NCBI GenBank assembly: GCA_022778545.1
Contig: JALFDW010000037.1
Coordinates: 8,020 to 72,019, forward strand
DNA length: 64,000 nt
Origin: a bacterium
GTDB lineage: Bacteria; Bacillota; Clostridia; Christensenellales; CAG-138
Direction: 5' to 3'
Shown here: positions 47,625-57,742 of the stretch, one piece after another
Numbering within the stretch: the first letter of the stretch is position 1
Layout of the letters: every line of letters starts with the position of its first letter
Translations under genes and position numbers: made by a program
Notes under the pieces: model-generated
Told to the model about the DNA's origin: nothing
Seen by the model: the letters and a program-made list of their open reading frames with translations, nothing else
The model's database searches: none

Positions 47625-50060
47625 ATGAGCTTTTTGGAACGATGCACCGAGGGCGCAAAGCGCGCCCTGGCCCTTGCGCAGGAGGCGGCGCGGGCAATGG
47701 GGCATAACTATGTTGGCAGTGAGCATCTTCTTCTCGGCCTGATCCGGGAAGGAGAAGGCGGAGCCTACCGGGCGCTTTCCGCCTTCGGCGTGACCGAGGA
47801 GGCCGTCGCGGAGCGGGCGGACGCGCTCGTCGGCCGCGGCGACTATCACTTCACCGACAGCTTCGGCTACACGCCGCGCACAAAGAAGATTCTCGAACTG
47901 AGCCTTTATGAAGCAAAGTCCCTTAAAATGGGGTATATCGGCACAGAGCATATCCTGCTTGCCATCCTGCGGGAACGGGATTCCGTTGCCGTGCGCATTC
48001 TGCAGGATCTCGGCGCGGATGTGCAGGGCCTGCAATCCGTGCTCTCCGGCGGGCGTTCTTCCGGAGAGGTTGCCCGCGAACCTGTACACGCAGGGCAGGG
48101 AACGCCCGTGCTCGACCAGTTTGGCCGCGACCTGACGCGCGCTGCACGCGACGGTGAGCTCGACCCCGTCGTCGGCCGGGAGGCGGAGATCCAGCGCGTG
48201 ATCCAGATCCTCTGCCGCCGCACAAAGAACAACCCCGCGCTCATAGGCGACCCGGGCGTGGGCAAAAGCACGGTCATCGAAGGGCTTGCACAGCGCATCG
48301 CCACAGGCAGGATCCCCGAACTGCTGAAGGACAAGCGGATCGTGACGCTCGACCTTGGCGCGATGCTCGCGGGCACGAAATACCGCGGCGAGTTTGAAGA
48401 ACGCATCACCAATGCCATCGCAGAGCTGCGTGAGGACGGAAGCACCATCCTGTTCATCGACGAGCTGCACACGATTGTCGGCGCAGGTGCGACGGAAGGC
48501 AGCATCGACGCTTCCAATATTCTAAAGCCGGCCCTTGCGCGCGGGGAGATCCAGGTCATCGGCGCGACAACGCTCGATGAATACCGCCGCCACATCGAAA
48601 AGGACGCGGCACTCGAGCGGCGCTTTCAGCCCGTGACCGTAGGCGAACCCTCAAAGGAAGAGGCCGTTGCCATCCTGTTTGGCCTGCGGGACCGCTATGA
48701 AGCGCACCATAAAGCGCGCATTACGGACGAGGCCATCCGCGTAGCCGTGGAGCTTTCCGGCCGCTATATTTCCGACCGCTTCCTGCCGGACAAAGCCATA
48801 GACCTTATGGATGAGGCGGCAAGCCGCGTCCGGCTCCGCGCCTATAACACCCCGCCGGACGTGAAGGCGCTGCGCGAACGCATCGAAGCGCTGCGCAAAG
48901 AAAAGGAAGAAGCCGTCAACAACCAGAACTACGAGCGCGCCGCCGCGCTGCGTGACGAGGAACAGCACCTTGCCGCGCGGATTTCCGGCATCGAGGCGGA
49001 CTGGGAGCGCGAACGGGACAATAAGGAATCCATCGTGACCGAGGAGGATATCGCGGAAGTTGTGAACGCATGGACGGGCATCCCCGTTCGCCGGCTCACC
49101 GAGGACGAAAGCGAGAAGCTGCTGCACCTGGAGGAAACGCTGCACCGGCGCGTCATCGGGCAGGATGAGGCCGTTTCCGCCATTTCCCGCGCCATCCGCC
49201 GCGCCCGCGCCGGGCTGAAAGACCCCGGCCGGCCGATTGGCTCCTATATTTTCCTTGGCCCAACGGGCGTGGGAAAAACGGAGCTTTCCCGCGCACTGGC
49301 GGAAGCGCTCTTTGCGGATGAGGACGCAATGGTGCGCCTCGACATGAGCGAATACATGGAAATGCACAGCGTGAGCAAGCTCATCGGTTCCCCGCCGGGC
49401 TATGTCGGCTACGACGACGGCGGGCAGCTTACCGAGCGCGTGCGCCGCAAGCCTTATTGCGTCATCCTGCTCGATGAGATCGAAAAGGCGCATCCTGACG
49501 TGTTCAACCTGCTCCTTCAGGTACTTGAGGACGGCAGGCTCACGGATTCCCAGGGCCGCACGGTGGATTTCCGCAACACGGTCATCATCATGACCTCAAA
49601 CGCCGGCGCACCGCGCACACAACAGGCGCACACCGTTGGCTTCGGCGCGCCCGTGGATGCGCTCACCCATGAACGCCTGCGCGAGACCATGCTTGCGGAA
49701 CTGAAAAAGACCTTCCGCCCGGAATTCCTGAACCGTGTGGATGAAATCATCGTTTTCCGCCCGTTGGCGCAGGAGGAAATGCAGGCGATCGCCGGGCTGA
49801 TGCTCGAAAGCGTGAAAGCCCGCCTCCGGGAGCGCGGCATTGCGCTCACCGTTACACCGGAAGCCGAAGCGCTGCTCTCCGGTTCGGGGTTCGACCCGCT
49901 CTACGGCGCGCGCCCGCTGCGCCGTGCCATACAGCACCAGGTGGAAGACAGCCTGAGCGAGGAGATCCTTGCAGGGCACATTGCGCTTGGCGACGCCGTG
50001 ACTGCGTTTGCGGAAGACGGGAAACTCGTGTTCCGCAAAGACGCGCCCGTATCCTGCTGA
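47625..50060 (+). CDS. clpC: ClpC-type ATP-dependent Clp protease ATPase
   Basis: Two Clp-N repeats, [11 protein letters not shown]-like middle domain ([11 protein letters not shown]), [11 protein letters not shown] loop, GARPLRR. Confidence 0.93.
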   Translation: MSFLERCTEGAKRALALAQEAARAMGHNYVGSEHLLLGLIREGEGGAYRALSAFGVTEEAVAERADALVGRGDYHFTDSFGYTPRTKKILELSLYEAKSLKMGYIGTEHILLAILRERDSVAVRILQDLGADVQGLQSVLSGGRSSGEVAREPVHAGQGTPVLDQFGRDLTRAARDGELDPVVGREAEIQRVIQILCRRTKNNPALIGDPGVGKSTVIEGLAQRIATGRIPELLKDKRIVTLDLGAMLAGTKYRGEFEERITNAIAELREDGSTILFIDELHTIVGAGATEGSIDASNILKPALARGEIQVIGATTLDEYRRHIEKDAALERRFQPVTVGEPSKEEAVAILFGLRDRYEAHHKARITDEAIRVAVELSGRYISDRFLPDKAIDLMDEAASRVRLRAYNTPPDVKALRERIEALRKEKEEAVNNQNYERAAALRDEEQHLAARISGIEADWERERDNKESIVTEEDIAEVVNAWTGIPVRRLTEDESEKLLHLEETLHRRVIGQDEAVSAISRAIRRARAGLKDPGRPIGSYIFLGPTGVGKTELSRALAEALFADEDAMVRLDMSEYMEMHSVSKLIGSPPGYVGYDDGGQLTERVRRKPYCVILLDEIEKAHPDVFNLLLQVLEDGRLTDSQGRTVDFRNTVIIMTSNAGAPRTQQAHTVGFGAPVDALTHERLRETMLAELKKTFRPEFLNRVDEIIVFRPLAQEEMQAIAGLMLESVKARLRERGIALTVTPEAEALLSGSGFDPLYGARPLRRAIQHQVEDSLSEEILAGHIALGDAVTAFAEDGKLVFRKDAPVSC

Positions 50061-50148
50061 ATTCACAGTTTATTTATGGTTGGGCGATTGCAAATTCCGG
50101 CGGGAATGGTAGAATAAAAACATCAAGATCCGGGAGTTTTTATCTGAA

Positions 50149-51168
50149 ATGCGTTCTCTGTTAAAGCGGTCAGCCGCGCTTTTCTGCGTTTTCGCGGTGC
50201 TTGCCATGTGCAGCACCGCGTTTGCCGCGCCCGTTTATCCCGCCGTCCCCTCGCAGGATATCCTTTCCGCAGGCGATTTCGGCGAAGATGTGGTGGCGTT
50301 GCAAACGGAGCTGCGCGCGCTCGGTTTTTATGACGGAGAAGTCACAGGCCTGTTCGACGGTGCAACGCGCGAGGCAGTCATCCGCCTGCAGCATTTCCTT
50401 GGCGTGCGGGAGGACGGCGCATTCGGGCCGATCACATTTGCCGCCTACTGGGACGCATTCGAGCGCGGCCTGCTTGCATTTCCCTCACAGGAAACCGAGA
50501 AGCCGGAAACCGCGGGGCGGCTTTCCGGCCGCACGATCGGCATTGACCCCGGCCAGCAGGAAGCGGCGGATACCGGTTTGGAACGGATCGCCCCAGGCAT
50601 TGAACGCACCAAGGAGCGGCAGAGCGCGGGCAGCGTTGGCGTAAAAACAGGCGTTTCGGAGTACAAGATCAACCTGCTCATCGCCTTCAAGCTGCGCGAC
50701 CTGCTTACCGCAGAGGGCGCAACAGTCGTGCTCACGCGCGAAACTTCGGATGTTTCGATCTCCAACATGGAGCGTGCCGAACGGATGAACGAAGCAGGAG
50801 TGGACATCTGGCTGCGCCTGCATTGTGACAGCTCCTCCTCTGCCCGGCAAAGCGGCGCAAGCGTACTCATCCCCTCCCGCGCCTATGGTGCGGCGATTTA
50901 TCAGGAGAGTCTCCGCCTCGGGCAATGCGTGTACGAAAGCTTCCCGGCGGCAACGGGCGCCACGATGCTCGGCCTGCGGGCGCTCATGGATCAGACAGGC
51001 TTCAACTGGTCCAAAGTGCCGGTGATCGCCATAGAAATGGGCATGCTCTCCAACCCGCAGGAAGACATCCGGCTGAACCGGGATTCCTATCAGGCGAGCT
51101 GTGCCACGGGGCTTTTCAACGGCATCCTCGCCTATTTTGAGCAAACCGCAGAAAAAGCAGCTGAATAA
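50149..51168 (+). CDS. Secreted Amidase_3-family protein with PG-binding domain (first Zn ligand His replaced by Gln)
   Basis: Signal peptide, PG_binding_1 (DVVALQ..L..LGF, DGAFGP.T), IDPGQQ, SEYKINL, LHCD, IEMG. Confidence 0.85.
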   Translation: MRSLLKRSAALFCVFAVLAMCSTAFAAPVYPAVPSQDILSAGDFGEDVVALQTELRALGFYDGEVTGLFDGATREAVIRLQHFLGVREDGAFGPITFAAYWDAFERGLLAFPSQETEKPETAGRLSGRTIGIDPGQQEAADTGLERIAPGIERTKERQSAGSVGVKTGVSEYKINLLIAFKLRDLLTAEGATVVLTRETSDVSISNMERAERMNEAGVDIWLRLHCDSSSSARQSGASVLIPSRAYGAAIYQESLRLGQCVYESFPAATGATMLGLRALMDQTGFNWSKVPVIAIEMGMLSNPQEDIRLNRDSYQASCATGLFNGILAYFEQTAEKAAE

Positions 51169-51180
51169 CGAGGTGTTCTT

Positions 51181-51936
51181 TTGAATACGATCCGAAAGAA
51201 AAAGCGTTTGAACTCATTTCTGATTTTGCCGGCATGCCTTTTGGTCATGCTTTTTTTCGGCTGCAGCGCAAAGAATACCGCATCCCCTCCGCCCGCCCCT
51301 ACGACGAATTCAACCTCCTCGCCGTCTCCCTCCCCCGCAGCAGCGGAAACACCGGTGCTTTCGCCGGAAGCCTCTCCCACGCCTTTTGCGGTAAATCCCA
51401 TATACGCTTTTTACGCGGAATACCTGGCGGATTGCGGCGCCTTGCTTGACGATTACGCCGCGGGGCTTTCCGCGCTGCAAACCGCGGAGGGGCTCTCCTG
51501 CTCCCTGGCGCTGACGGAGCACCGCGCGCTGCTTTCCGAAGGGCGCATCACGGCCGGCAGGCTTTATGGAAGCGATGCAGATGGTTACAGCAGCACGCTG
51601 GAAGCTGCCGCAGAAGGCAGCGGAAGCATGAGCGGGAACCCGGAAAAGGGGTATTCCTTCACGTTTTCCTACAACGATGGGAGGACGCTCTCCGGCACGT
51701 TTTCCGGCAGCGCGCTCCGCTTCACCCTTGTTTCCGCAGAGGGTACGGCAGTGCTTGACTGTACCATGGAAAAGGCCGTGGACGTCTGGTCATCCACAGC
51801 CTGTACGGAAACCTCAAAAACCGAGCTGACAGTGCGCCTTTCCCCCGCTGCGGGAGAAAAGCCCATCCAGTTCGGCCGGCGCAGCGGGAATTATCTCCCC
51901 GTTATAGAATCCACTGGAGCACGAGAAGAAGAATAA
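51181..51936 (+). CDS. Hypothetical lipoprotein
   Basis: Basic N-terminus, hydrophobic core, FFGC lipobox, Pro/Ser/Thr linker. Confidence 0.65.
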   Translation: MNTIRKKKRLNSFLILPACLLVMLFFGCSAKNTASPPPAPTTNSTSSPSPSPAAAETPVLSPEASPTPFAVNPIYAFYAEYLADCGALLDDYAAGLSALQTAEGLSCSLALTEHRALLSEGRITAGRLYGSDADGYSSTLEAAAEGSGSMSGNPEKGYSFTFSYNDGRTLSGTFSGSALRFTLVSAEGTAVLDCTMEKAVDVWSSTACTETSKTELTVRLSPAAGEKPIQFGRRSGNYLPVIESTGAREEE

Positions 51937-52165
51937 CGCCTGGAACGCCAAGCACGCCCGTAATGAGCGCGTTGAGCGCATTGATTGGGATGGAAAGTGA
52001 AAAGAACCCGCCGATAAAGTTGAACAGGAACAGAACCACCGCGCCGAGGAGCGCGTTGACCACAAGCTTCCAAAGCACTTTAAGCGGGAAGGAAAGCAGC
52101 TTGCAGAAAAGCCAGAGAACCAGCAGACCTGCGGCAAACGCCAAAATGGAACCAAAGGGATTCAT
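51902..52165 (-). CDS. bofA: Pro-sigmaK processing inhibitor BofA
   Basis: NALLG..LFLFN..G, IPIN, GVLGVPG; follows yaaL. Confidence 0.9.
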   Translation of the reverse strand: MNPFGSILAFAAGLLVLWLFCKLLSFPLKVLWKLVVNALLGAVVLFLFNFIGGFFSLSIPINALNALITGVLGVPGVILLLVLQWIL

Positions 52166-52218
52166 GTCCGACCTCCATCATATTACCGGGCGGGCATGGA
52201 TCCCTTTTCCGTCCGGCT

Positions 52219-52449
52219 TTATTGGTGCTCGTTCCCGTTCCGCGCTCTTTTGCGGAGCAGGAACATATATTTTCTGCGCGCGGTCTCCATATCGTAGATC
52301 GCGTAATCCATAAGTTCCGGATCGCTCACGCTCTCAAAAAAGCGCGTTGCGTCCTTCCATTGCTGCAGCGCCGCGCGGACCTCCGCCTCCTCGGCACATT
52401 CTTTGCGCTCCCTGCCCATAAGGCGCGGGAGCAGGCCTGTGATCGCCAT
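52219..52449 (-). CDS. yaaL: YaaL/DUF2508 family protein
   Basis: W..A..FFESVSDPELMDYAIY...ARRKYMFLL. Confidence 0.88.
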   Translation of the reverse strand: MAITGLLPRLMGRERKECAEEAEVRAALQQWKDATRFFESVSDPELMDYAIYDMETARRKYMFLLRKRARNGNEHQ

Positions 52450-52478
52450 TGTTTCACCTCCGAAGGAGTTTTATCAGC

Positions 52479-52507
52479 AAGTATGCTCCAATTCCGGAAG
52501 TTTATAC
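52479..52507 (-). promoter_or_regulatory. Putative sigma-E promoter of yaaL-bofA
   Basis: GTATA-17 bp-CATACTT on the minus strand. Confidence 0.5.
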
Positions 52508-52535
52508 CTTTCATCGGCTATCGCGGCCCGGCATG

Positions 52536-54461
52536 TTATTTTGCAGCGGGGATGGCATACGTTGCGCGGACAACGTCGCCCATCGTTGCGGGATCCGTGT
52601 AGCAAAGGTAGACCTCGCCCGCCCGGTTCGATACCGCAATGGACGCATACGGAAGATCTGCGATCACGCGGCTCTCGCCTGCAGCAACATCATAAGCCCA
52701 AAGGCGGTAAGGATATGCATCGTTTGACGCATCCGACCCGTCGCCTCCTTCGCCCGCGCTGCCGGAAAGGCGGTTTTCGATGTAATAAAGCGTGCCCCCC
52801 TCGTAGGACCAGAGGAACGTATATACGGAGAATTCATCCGTGACGGTAGTAAGCGCGCCGCTCTGCATGTTGCGGATGCCAAAGTGCGCCCCCCCGCCGC
52901 CTGCGGAGTCATCGCCGGAAACACTGTATGCCATATAGCGCCCATCGTTTGAAAGGACGAATGCGCTGCCCTCCATAAAGCTGCGCCGCGTCCCCCCTTC
53001 CGGCTTGATGCGGTAGATCATCCCGCCGTTTTCAAGGGTCGTTTCAGTGAAATACAGCTCCCCGTCAAAGAACGCAAGGCTTCCTTCGTCCACGCCCTTT
53101 CGGTCCACCACGGTATGGCGCTTGTTTTCCGCAGGCACGTTGAAATCGTACTGGTGGATGGCGATCTCGCTCGAGCCGCCGATGGAAAACACGCGGCCGC
53201 CCATGCTGTCCCACACATAGGCGCTGACCGTGTCACCAAAGCCCATGTCCGTAAGGTCCGTCAAAAGCTCCTTCGTGTCCGTGTCAAACACATAGAGGTG
53301 CGCGCTTTCCGCAGCTCGTTCCAACACCGCAAGCTTCCGCCCATCCGGCGAGTACTTCACGGATTCGATCGTCTGGAATTCATAGGAAAGCAGCGGTTTT
53401 GAAACGCCGGCCGCGCTTTGCACGCAGAGCAGCTGGTATTCATATGTTTCGCCCAGGCTGGTGCGCGTTACCTGCCGGCTGTAAAGGAAGCCGTCCCGCT
53501 CCGGCGTGGCGGCAAGGAACAATCCGTCCGGGATCAGCGGTTTAAGCGCAGTCTCTTCCCCATCGATACGCACGGGGAACTGGTCATAGGCCGCCACATA
53601 TTCCATCGTTTCATCATATGCGGGCAGTTCGCCGTTTTTGAGTTTGACCACGTTCCAGTCCGAAGCCACCGCGCCGGGTTCCTGCTCCAGAATGCGCGCG
53701 CGGAAGCTCTCCGCTTCGGAGCCTGACGAAAAGCCGCCGGAGATCAGGAGCACCGTCTGCAGGTCCTTTGCAAGCACCGGCGTCATCCCGCATTCGCGCG
53801 AGAGCGTGCCCGCGCAATACGCATCATATGCGTTCGCCACAACATAGTAGCTCTCGCCCGCCGCGGCGTGTTCATCCTGAACGATATCGATTGCCGCATC
53901 CGGAGTCGCCTCCGGGCCCGGCTGCGTTTCTTCCGCTGCAATGGGGCGGAGCAGGATCTCGATGCTCGTTTTTTTCTCCTCGACCTGGAAGGCCGCATCA
54001 GCGGAAAGCTCAAAATACAGCGTGAACGCTTCGCTGCCTGCAAACACCGTGCCGAAGCTGCCGAGCAGGAAATCGCTCGCGCTGAGGTCAAGCCCGCGCA
54101 GATAGTCCCAATATGTGATGGAATCAAACGACACCGCAAGCCGCGCGGGCTGCGGAAGCATCCGAACCGAAAAATGCGGCACGTTCGCAGGCTCCCGTTC
54201 ATCCGTTCCGCCGGATATCCGGCTGCCGCCGATGAACACAAGCGTCAGGCGCACATCCCCATTTTCCTCTGTGACCTGAACGGAGTTGAGGTTCGCATTC
54301 TGCAATGTACCGCCGCCCGTAACCTCTCCCTTCGTCTCAAACCCGTCGAGAGGGTTGGCCTCGGGCGTTTCCTCCGCCGTTTCCCGCGCACACCCTGCAA
54401 AAGCAGAGAGCAGAAGGCAAAGGATCAGGCTGACCGATAGTCCTTTTTTCAAAAAACGCAT
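52536..54461 (-). CDS. Large lipoprotein (AMIN-like, SPOR-like and beta-propeller segments)
   Basis: FAGC lipobox; LPQPARLAVSF; GGFSSGSEAESF; YSPDGRKLA, WDSMG, LSNDGRYMAY, WSYEG repeats. Confidence 0.8.
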   Translation of the reverse strand: MRFLKKGLSVSLILCLLLSAFAGCARETAEETPEANPLDGFETKGEVTGGGTLQNANLNSVQVTEENGDVRLTLVFIGGSRISGGTDEREPANVPHFSVRMLPQPARLAVSFDSITYWDYLRGLDLSASDFLLGSFGTVFAGSEAFTLYFELSADAAFQVEEKKTSIEILLRPIAAEETQPGPEATPDAAIDIVQDEHAAAGESYYVVANAYDAYCAGTLSRECGMTPVLAKDLQTVLLISGGFSSGSEAESFRARILEQEPGAVASDWNVVKLKNGELPAYDETMEYVAAYDQFPVRIDGEETALKPLIPDGLFLAATPERDGFLYSRQVTRTSLGETYEYQLLCVQSAAGVSKPLLSYEFQTIESVKYSPDGRKLAVLERAAESAHLYVFDTDTKELLTDLTDMGFGDTVSAYVWDSMGGRVFSIGGSSEIAIHQYDFNVPAENKRHTVVDRKGVDEGSLAFFDGELYFTETTLENGGMIYRIKPEGGTRRSFMEGSAFVLSNDGRYMAYSVSGDDSAGGGGAHFGIRNMQSGALTTVTDEFSVYTFLWSYEGGTLYYIENRLSGSAGEGGDGSDASNDAYPYRLWAYDVAAGESRVIADLPYASIAVSNRAGEVYLCYTDPATMGDVVRATYAIPAAK

Positions 54462-54688
54462 TGCATTTACTCCTTATCAGGCATAGCCGCAAAACTGCCG
54501 GCTGTCGCACTGGTGATCTATGTTTACGAACTGATTATAGCATAAAAGCGGCAGAGCGGGAACGCCGCGCGCGGATTTCAGCGCCGATTTCATAGTTTGT
54601 TTCCAAAATAAAAAGGCAAAAGTGTTTTCAGGCCGCGGCAGATTTGCTATAATGAATTGATTTATTCCTGTATAGGAGGTTTTTCAAT

Positions 54689-56593
54689 ATGAAATGCAAG
54701 GTATGCGGCGCAAACAACGAGGATTACCTCGAGTACTGCGAAAACTGCGCCGCTCCGCTTACGCCTGACGAGCCGGAACCCGAGCCCGCCGAGGATTCCT
54801 ACGTTGCCTCCACAGGCGAAACGCCGCCGGCATGGGGTTTTGTCCGCGCGCCGCAATGGCCGAAGCCTGAATTTGACGCCAACACCGTCAGCGAGGAGGA
54901 TATCCCCGCATCCTATTCTTCCCGCTTCAACCCGCGCCCCGCACAGCAGCAGGCCTCTGCACAGCAGCCCGCTGCGCCCGCGCCCGGCGAACAGGGGTAC
55001 AGCAACAACGTTCGCGTGCATACGCCCGTTCAGGAGCCCACACCGGCATTTGCTGCCGCGGAGCCCGAAGAAGAGCTCGTGCGCCCGTATACGCCCACGC
55101 GCAGCGCAAACACAACGCGCGTCGCAAAGCCTTCTTCCGTAAAGAAGGCCGCCCCGCTTCCGAAGGCGCCTGTTGAGGACACGGCGGCGGACGATTTCGA
55201 CGACTTTGACGATTTCGACGACCTCGAATACAACGTGAAGCCATCCCGCAGCAAAAAGCGCGGCGGCACGCATTCCCGCAACATGCTCTTCATCGCAGCC
55301 GTCGCGGTGCTCGTCGTGCTCATTGCCGTTTTTGCGATCATCTACCTGAACCGGAACTTCAACGGCAGCGTCGGCGCGTTCTTCGCTTACACGTTCGGCG
55401 GAAATCCGTTCCCGAAGCCCGCGACCATTACGTCCACGCAGATGGATTCCGGCGCTCCAGCTTATATCGTGACGGTGTATTGCAAGAACAATTATACTGC
55501 CCGTTTTACCTCGGGTGAGACCGTACGCGAAGACATAGTTGGTGCGCATGCCAAAAACTGCGTCGCATGGCGCATCCCGGAAGAGATCTTCCTGCCCGAT
55601 GCTCCCATCGCAGAAAGCGAGCTGCATGTCAAGCCTGCCGTTGTGGTCATCAGCCCCAACGGCAAAGAAACGCCCGTTGAATTCGAGGATGAGATCGTCA
55701 TCCAGATCCCCGCGATCGAGATGACCGTCACTTCCCCCACCGTGAGCGATTTCACCACGGACACCGCCGTTGTTCCCATCACAGGCACGGTCAGCGACAA
55801 CACGGCCGGCGTGTATGTGAACGAGACGCAGATCCCCATCGACGAATCGGGCAATTTCTCCACAACCTACACCCTGCCTGAGGACGGCTCCTATACCGTC
55901 ACGATCGAAGCGCGCAAAAACCGGTACCAGACGGCCTCTCAGACCTTCAACATCACCTACGGCACGGGTGCGACGCAGGATCCCAACGGCGATAACACCA
56001 CAACGCCTGGCACCGTGGAAGGCAACGTTGCGTTCTCTGTGAACGATTCCGTTGCGCGCTATGCCACCACCTCCACCATGACCGTATCCGGCACGATGGA
56101 AGCAGGCGCCGTCATCTCCGTTTCCGGCGTTGAACTCGAAGGAGACATCACGCAGGATGCCACCGCGGGCACGTTCAGCTTCACCGTGAAAACGGCGGAT
56201 GTCGGCCTCTACCCCGTCGTCATCACCGCTACAAAGGACACGGCCGCAAAGTCCAGCACACTGTATCTGGAGCACCGCCCGGAAAAGGACAGCTACATGT
56301 CCGGCGTGCATGTGTTGGATTACGACCGCATCAAGAATTATCCCGAGCATGATCAGGGCTATAAGGTCACCGGCAGGGTGGTTGAGATCTATCAGTCCTC
56401 CCCGTTCGTGACCGCCCGCATTCAGACCTCGGCAGGCGACATCGTGTTCTCCTATTACAGCGGCGTTTCGGAAGTTGCCGTTGGCGACGGCAAGACCTAT
56501 AACCTCTATGCCGATCCCGCCGGCACCTACACCCTGGCTGACGGTTCGACGCTGCCGCTCATGCACGCCTGGTATATCCTGAAGGATGGCTAA
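54689..56593 (+). CDS. Bitopic membrane protein: Zn-ribbon, disordered linker, TM, extracellular Ig-like domains
   Basis: AGGAGG SD; CKVC..CENC; Pro/acidic linker; one TM; Thr/Val-rich beta-strand repeats. Confidence 0.85.
   Translation: MKCKVCGANNEDYLEYCENCAAPLTPDEPEPEPAEDSYVASTGETPPAWGFVRAPQWPKPEFDANTVSEEDIPASYSSRFNPRPAQQQASAQQPAAPAPGEQGYSNNVRVHTPVQEPTPAFAAAEPEEELVRPYTPTRSANTTRVAKPSSVKKAAPLPKAPVEDTAADDFDDFDDFDDLEYNVKPSRSKKRGGTHSRNMLFIAAVAVLVVLIAVFAIIYLNRNFNGSVGAFFAYTFGGNPFPKPATITSTQMDSGAPAYIVTVYCKNNYTARFTSGETVREDIVGAHAKNCVAWRIPEEIFLPDAPIAESELHVKPAVVVISPNGKETPVEFEDEIVIQIPAIEMTVTSPTVSDFTTDTAVVPITGTVSDNTAGVYVNETQIPIDESGNFSTTYTLPEDGSYTVTIEARKNRYQTASQTFNITYGTGATQDPNGDNTTTPGTVEGNVAFSVNDSVARYATTSTMTVSGTMEAGAVISVSGVELEGDITQDATAGTFSFTVKTADVGLYPVVITATKDTAAKSSTLYLEHRPEKDSYMSGVHVLDYDRIKNYPEHDQGYKVTGRVVEIYQSSPFVTARIQTSAGDIVFSYYSGVSEVAVGDGKTYNLYADPAGTYTLADGSTLPLMHAWYILKDG
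55190..55222 (+). repeat. In-frame 9-bp tandem repeat encoding DDF-DDF-DDF-DD
   Basis: GACGATTTC GACGACTTT GACGATTTC GACGAC. Confidence 0.8.
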
Positions 56594-56616
56594 GCGAACC
56601 CCATAACGGCACACCG

Positions 56617-56650
56617 GCAGGGCGGATCGAACACATCCGCCCTGCTTTTC
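56617..56650 (+). terminator. Intrinsic terminator
   Basis: GCAGGGCGGAT...ATCCGCCCTGC followed by TTTT. Confidence 0.8.
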
Positions 56651-56694
56651 ATCGGAACACCAAACAGCACGAAAAACGAAAGGACGCGTAAGCA

Positions 56695-56970
56695 ATGAAG
56701 ATCTGGGCCGCGATCCGCACAGACAACAAGATTCAGCAGGACACCGTCATGGATTTTGACGGGCTCTCCAAGGCGCGCGTGGAGGACTGGAACCCAATCA
56801 TCGGTGAGCTTTGCCACGAGCTGGATCTCGCGCGCCCCGTTCTGCTGAAAAAGCACCTGAACGACCTTACGCACTTTTCGCACACCACCTTCACGGCGGC
56901 AGACTTCATGGAGCCGATCTCCTTTGACAAGCTGACGATCGAAATCTTTCCCGAAAAGAAAAATAAGTGA
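56695..56970 (+). CDS. Small hypothetical protein
   Basis: AAGGA SD; 91 aa with host-like codon usage; terminator-like hairpin follows. Confidence 0.8.
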   Translation: MKIWAAIRTDNKIQQDTVMDFDGLSKARVEDWNPIIGELCHELDLARPVLLKKHLNDLTHFSHTTFTAADFMEPISFDKLTIEIFPEKKNK

Positions 56971-57100
56971 ACACAAATAATGGAACAGAGGGCGCACGAT
57001 ACTCCCGACAGGAGAGCAGCGTGCGTCTTTTTCTTAGCTGCGGTTCAAAAACTGCCATTTTTTGAATTGCTGCTGTATGCAGTCACCAACGTTTATAAAA

Positions 57101-57180
57101 ATGCCAACAAAACTTTGCATTTTTGTGTTGACAATAAAACTTGGCAGTGTTATGATTCATATGCAAAGAAAACTTGGCAT
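57101..57180 (+). promoter_or_regulatory. Sigma-A promoter with three copies of a 20-bp palindromic operator
   Basis: TTGACA (57128)-17-TATGAT (57151); ATGCCAACAAAACTTTGCAT, TTGACAATAAAACTTGGCAG, ATGCAAAGAAAACTTGGCAT. Confidence 0.8.
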
Positions 57181-57192
57181 GGAGGCGCAAAC

Positions 57193-57513
57193 ATGAATAA
57201 AGAAGAAATCCTGGCTGCCAGCAGAAAAGAAAACAAGAATCAGGACATTGTTGAAGCGGAATGCCTAAAACAGGCAAGCAGAGTGGCCTACACGGTAGGT
57301 TGCCTGGTTTGCTGCCTGATTTGCACACTGCAGTGGGTGTTCGCCAAAACCATCAACTGGGGGTGCTGGGTCGTTAACTTCAGTATTTTAGGGACGATTT
57401 TCCTTGTAAAGGCAATCAAAATGAAAAAGCGCCATGAGATTCTCGTTGCCACATTGTATTATGGATTATGCGCGTTTTTTGCAATCGGATTTGCAATGAG
57501 CATGAAAGGCTAA
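57193..57513 (+). CDS. Small membrane protein (DUF6442-like)
   Basis: GGAGG SD; MNKEEILAASRKEN start; three TM segments. Confidence 0.8.
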   Translation: MNKEEILAASRKENKNQDIVEAECLKQASRVAYTVGCLVCCLICTLQWVFAKTINWGCWVVNFSILGTIFLVKAIKMKKRHEILVATLYYGLCAFFAIGFAMSMKG

Positions 57514-57514
57514 C

Positions 57515-57742
57515 ATGAGAGGCAAAACAGACGATACGCTGATTCTCCATAACCGAATCAAAGAGGCAAGAATAGAAAATGGGCTGTCGCAATCGGCCCT
57601 TGCCGAAATGGTTGGCGTTTCAAGGAACACCATCAGTTCGATTGAAACCGGACAGTTCAGTCCCACGGCAAAGCTGGCACTCGTTTTGTGCATCGCATTG
57701 GATCACAAGTTTGAGGAACTGTTCTATTTTCAAGACGAATAA
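57515..57742 (+). CDS. XRE-family HTH regulator
   Basis: NRIKEAR..GLSQ..LAEMVGVSRNTISSIETG.FSP. Confidence 0.92.
   Translation: MRGKTDDTLILHNRIKEARIENGLSQSALAEMVGVSRNTISSIETGQFSPTAKLALVLCIALDHKFEELFYFQDE

Noticed and set aside
55190-55222. Tandem repeat as a CRISPR or contingency locus
   Set aside because: In-frame, synonymously diverged coding repeat with no spacers; no CRISPR array or cas gene in the window.
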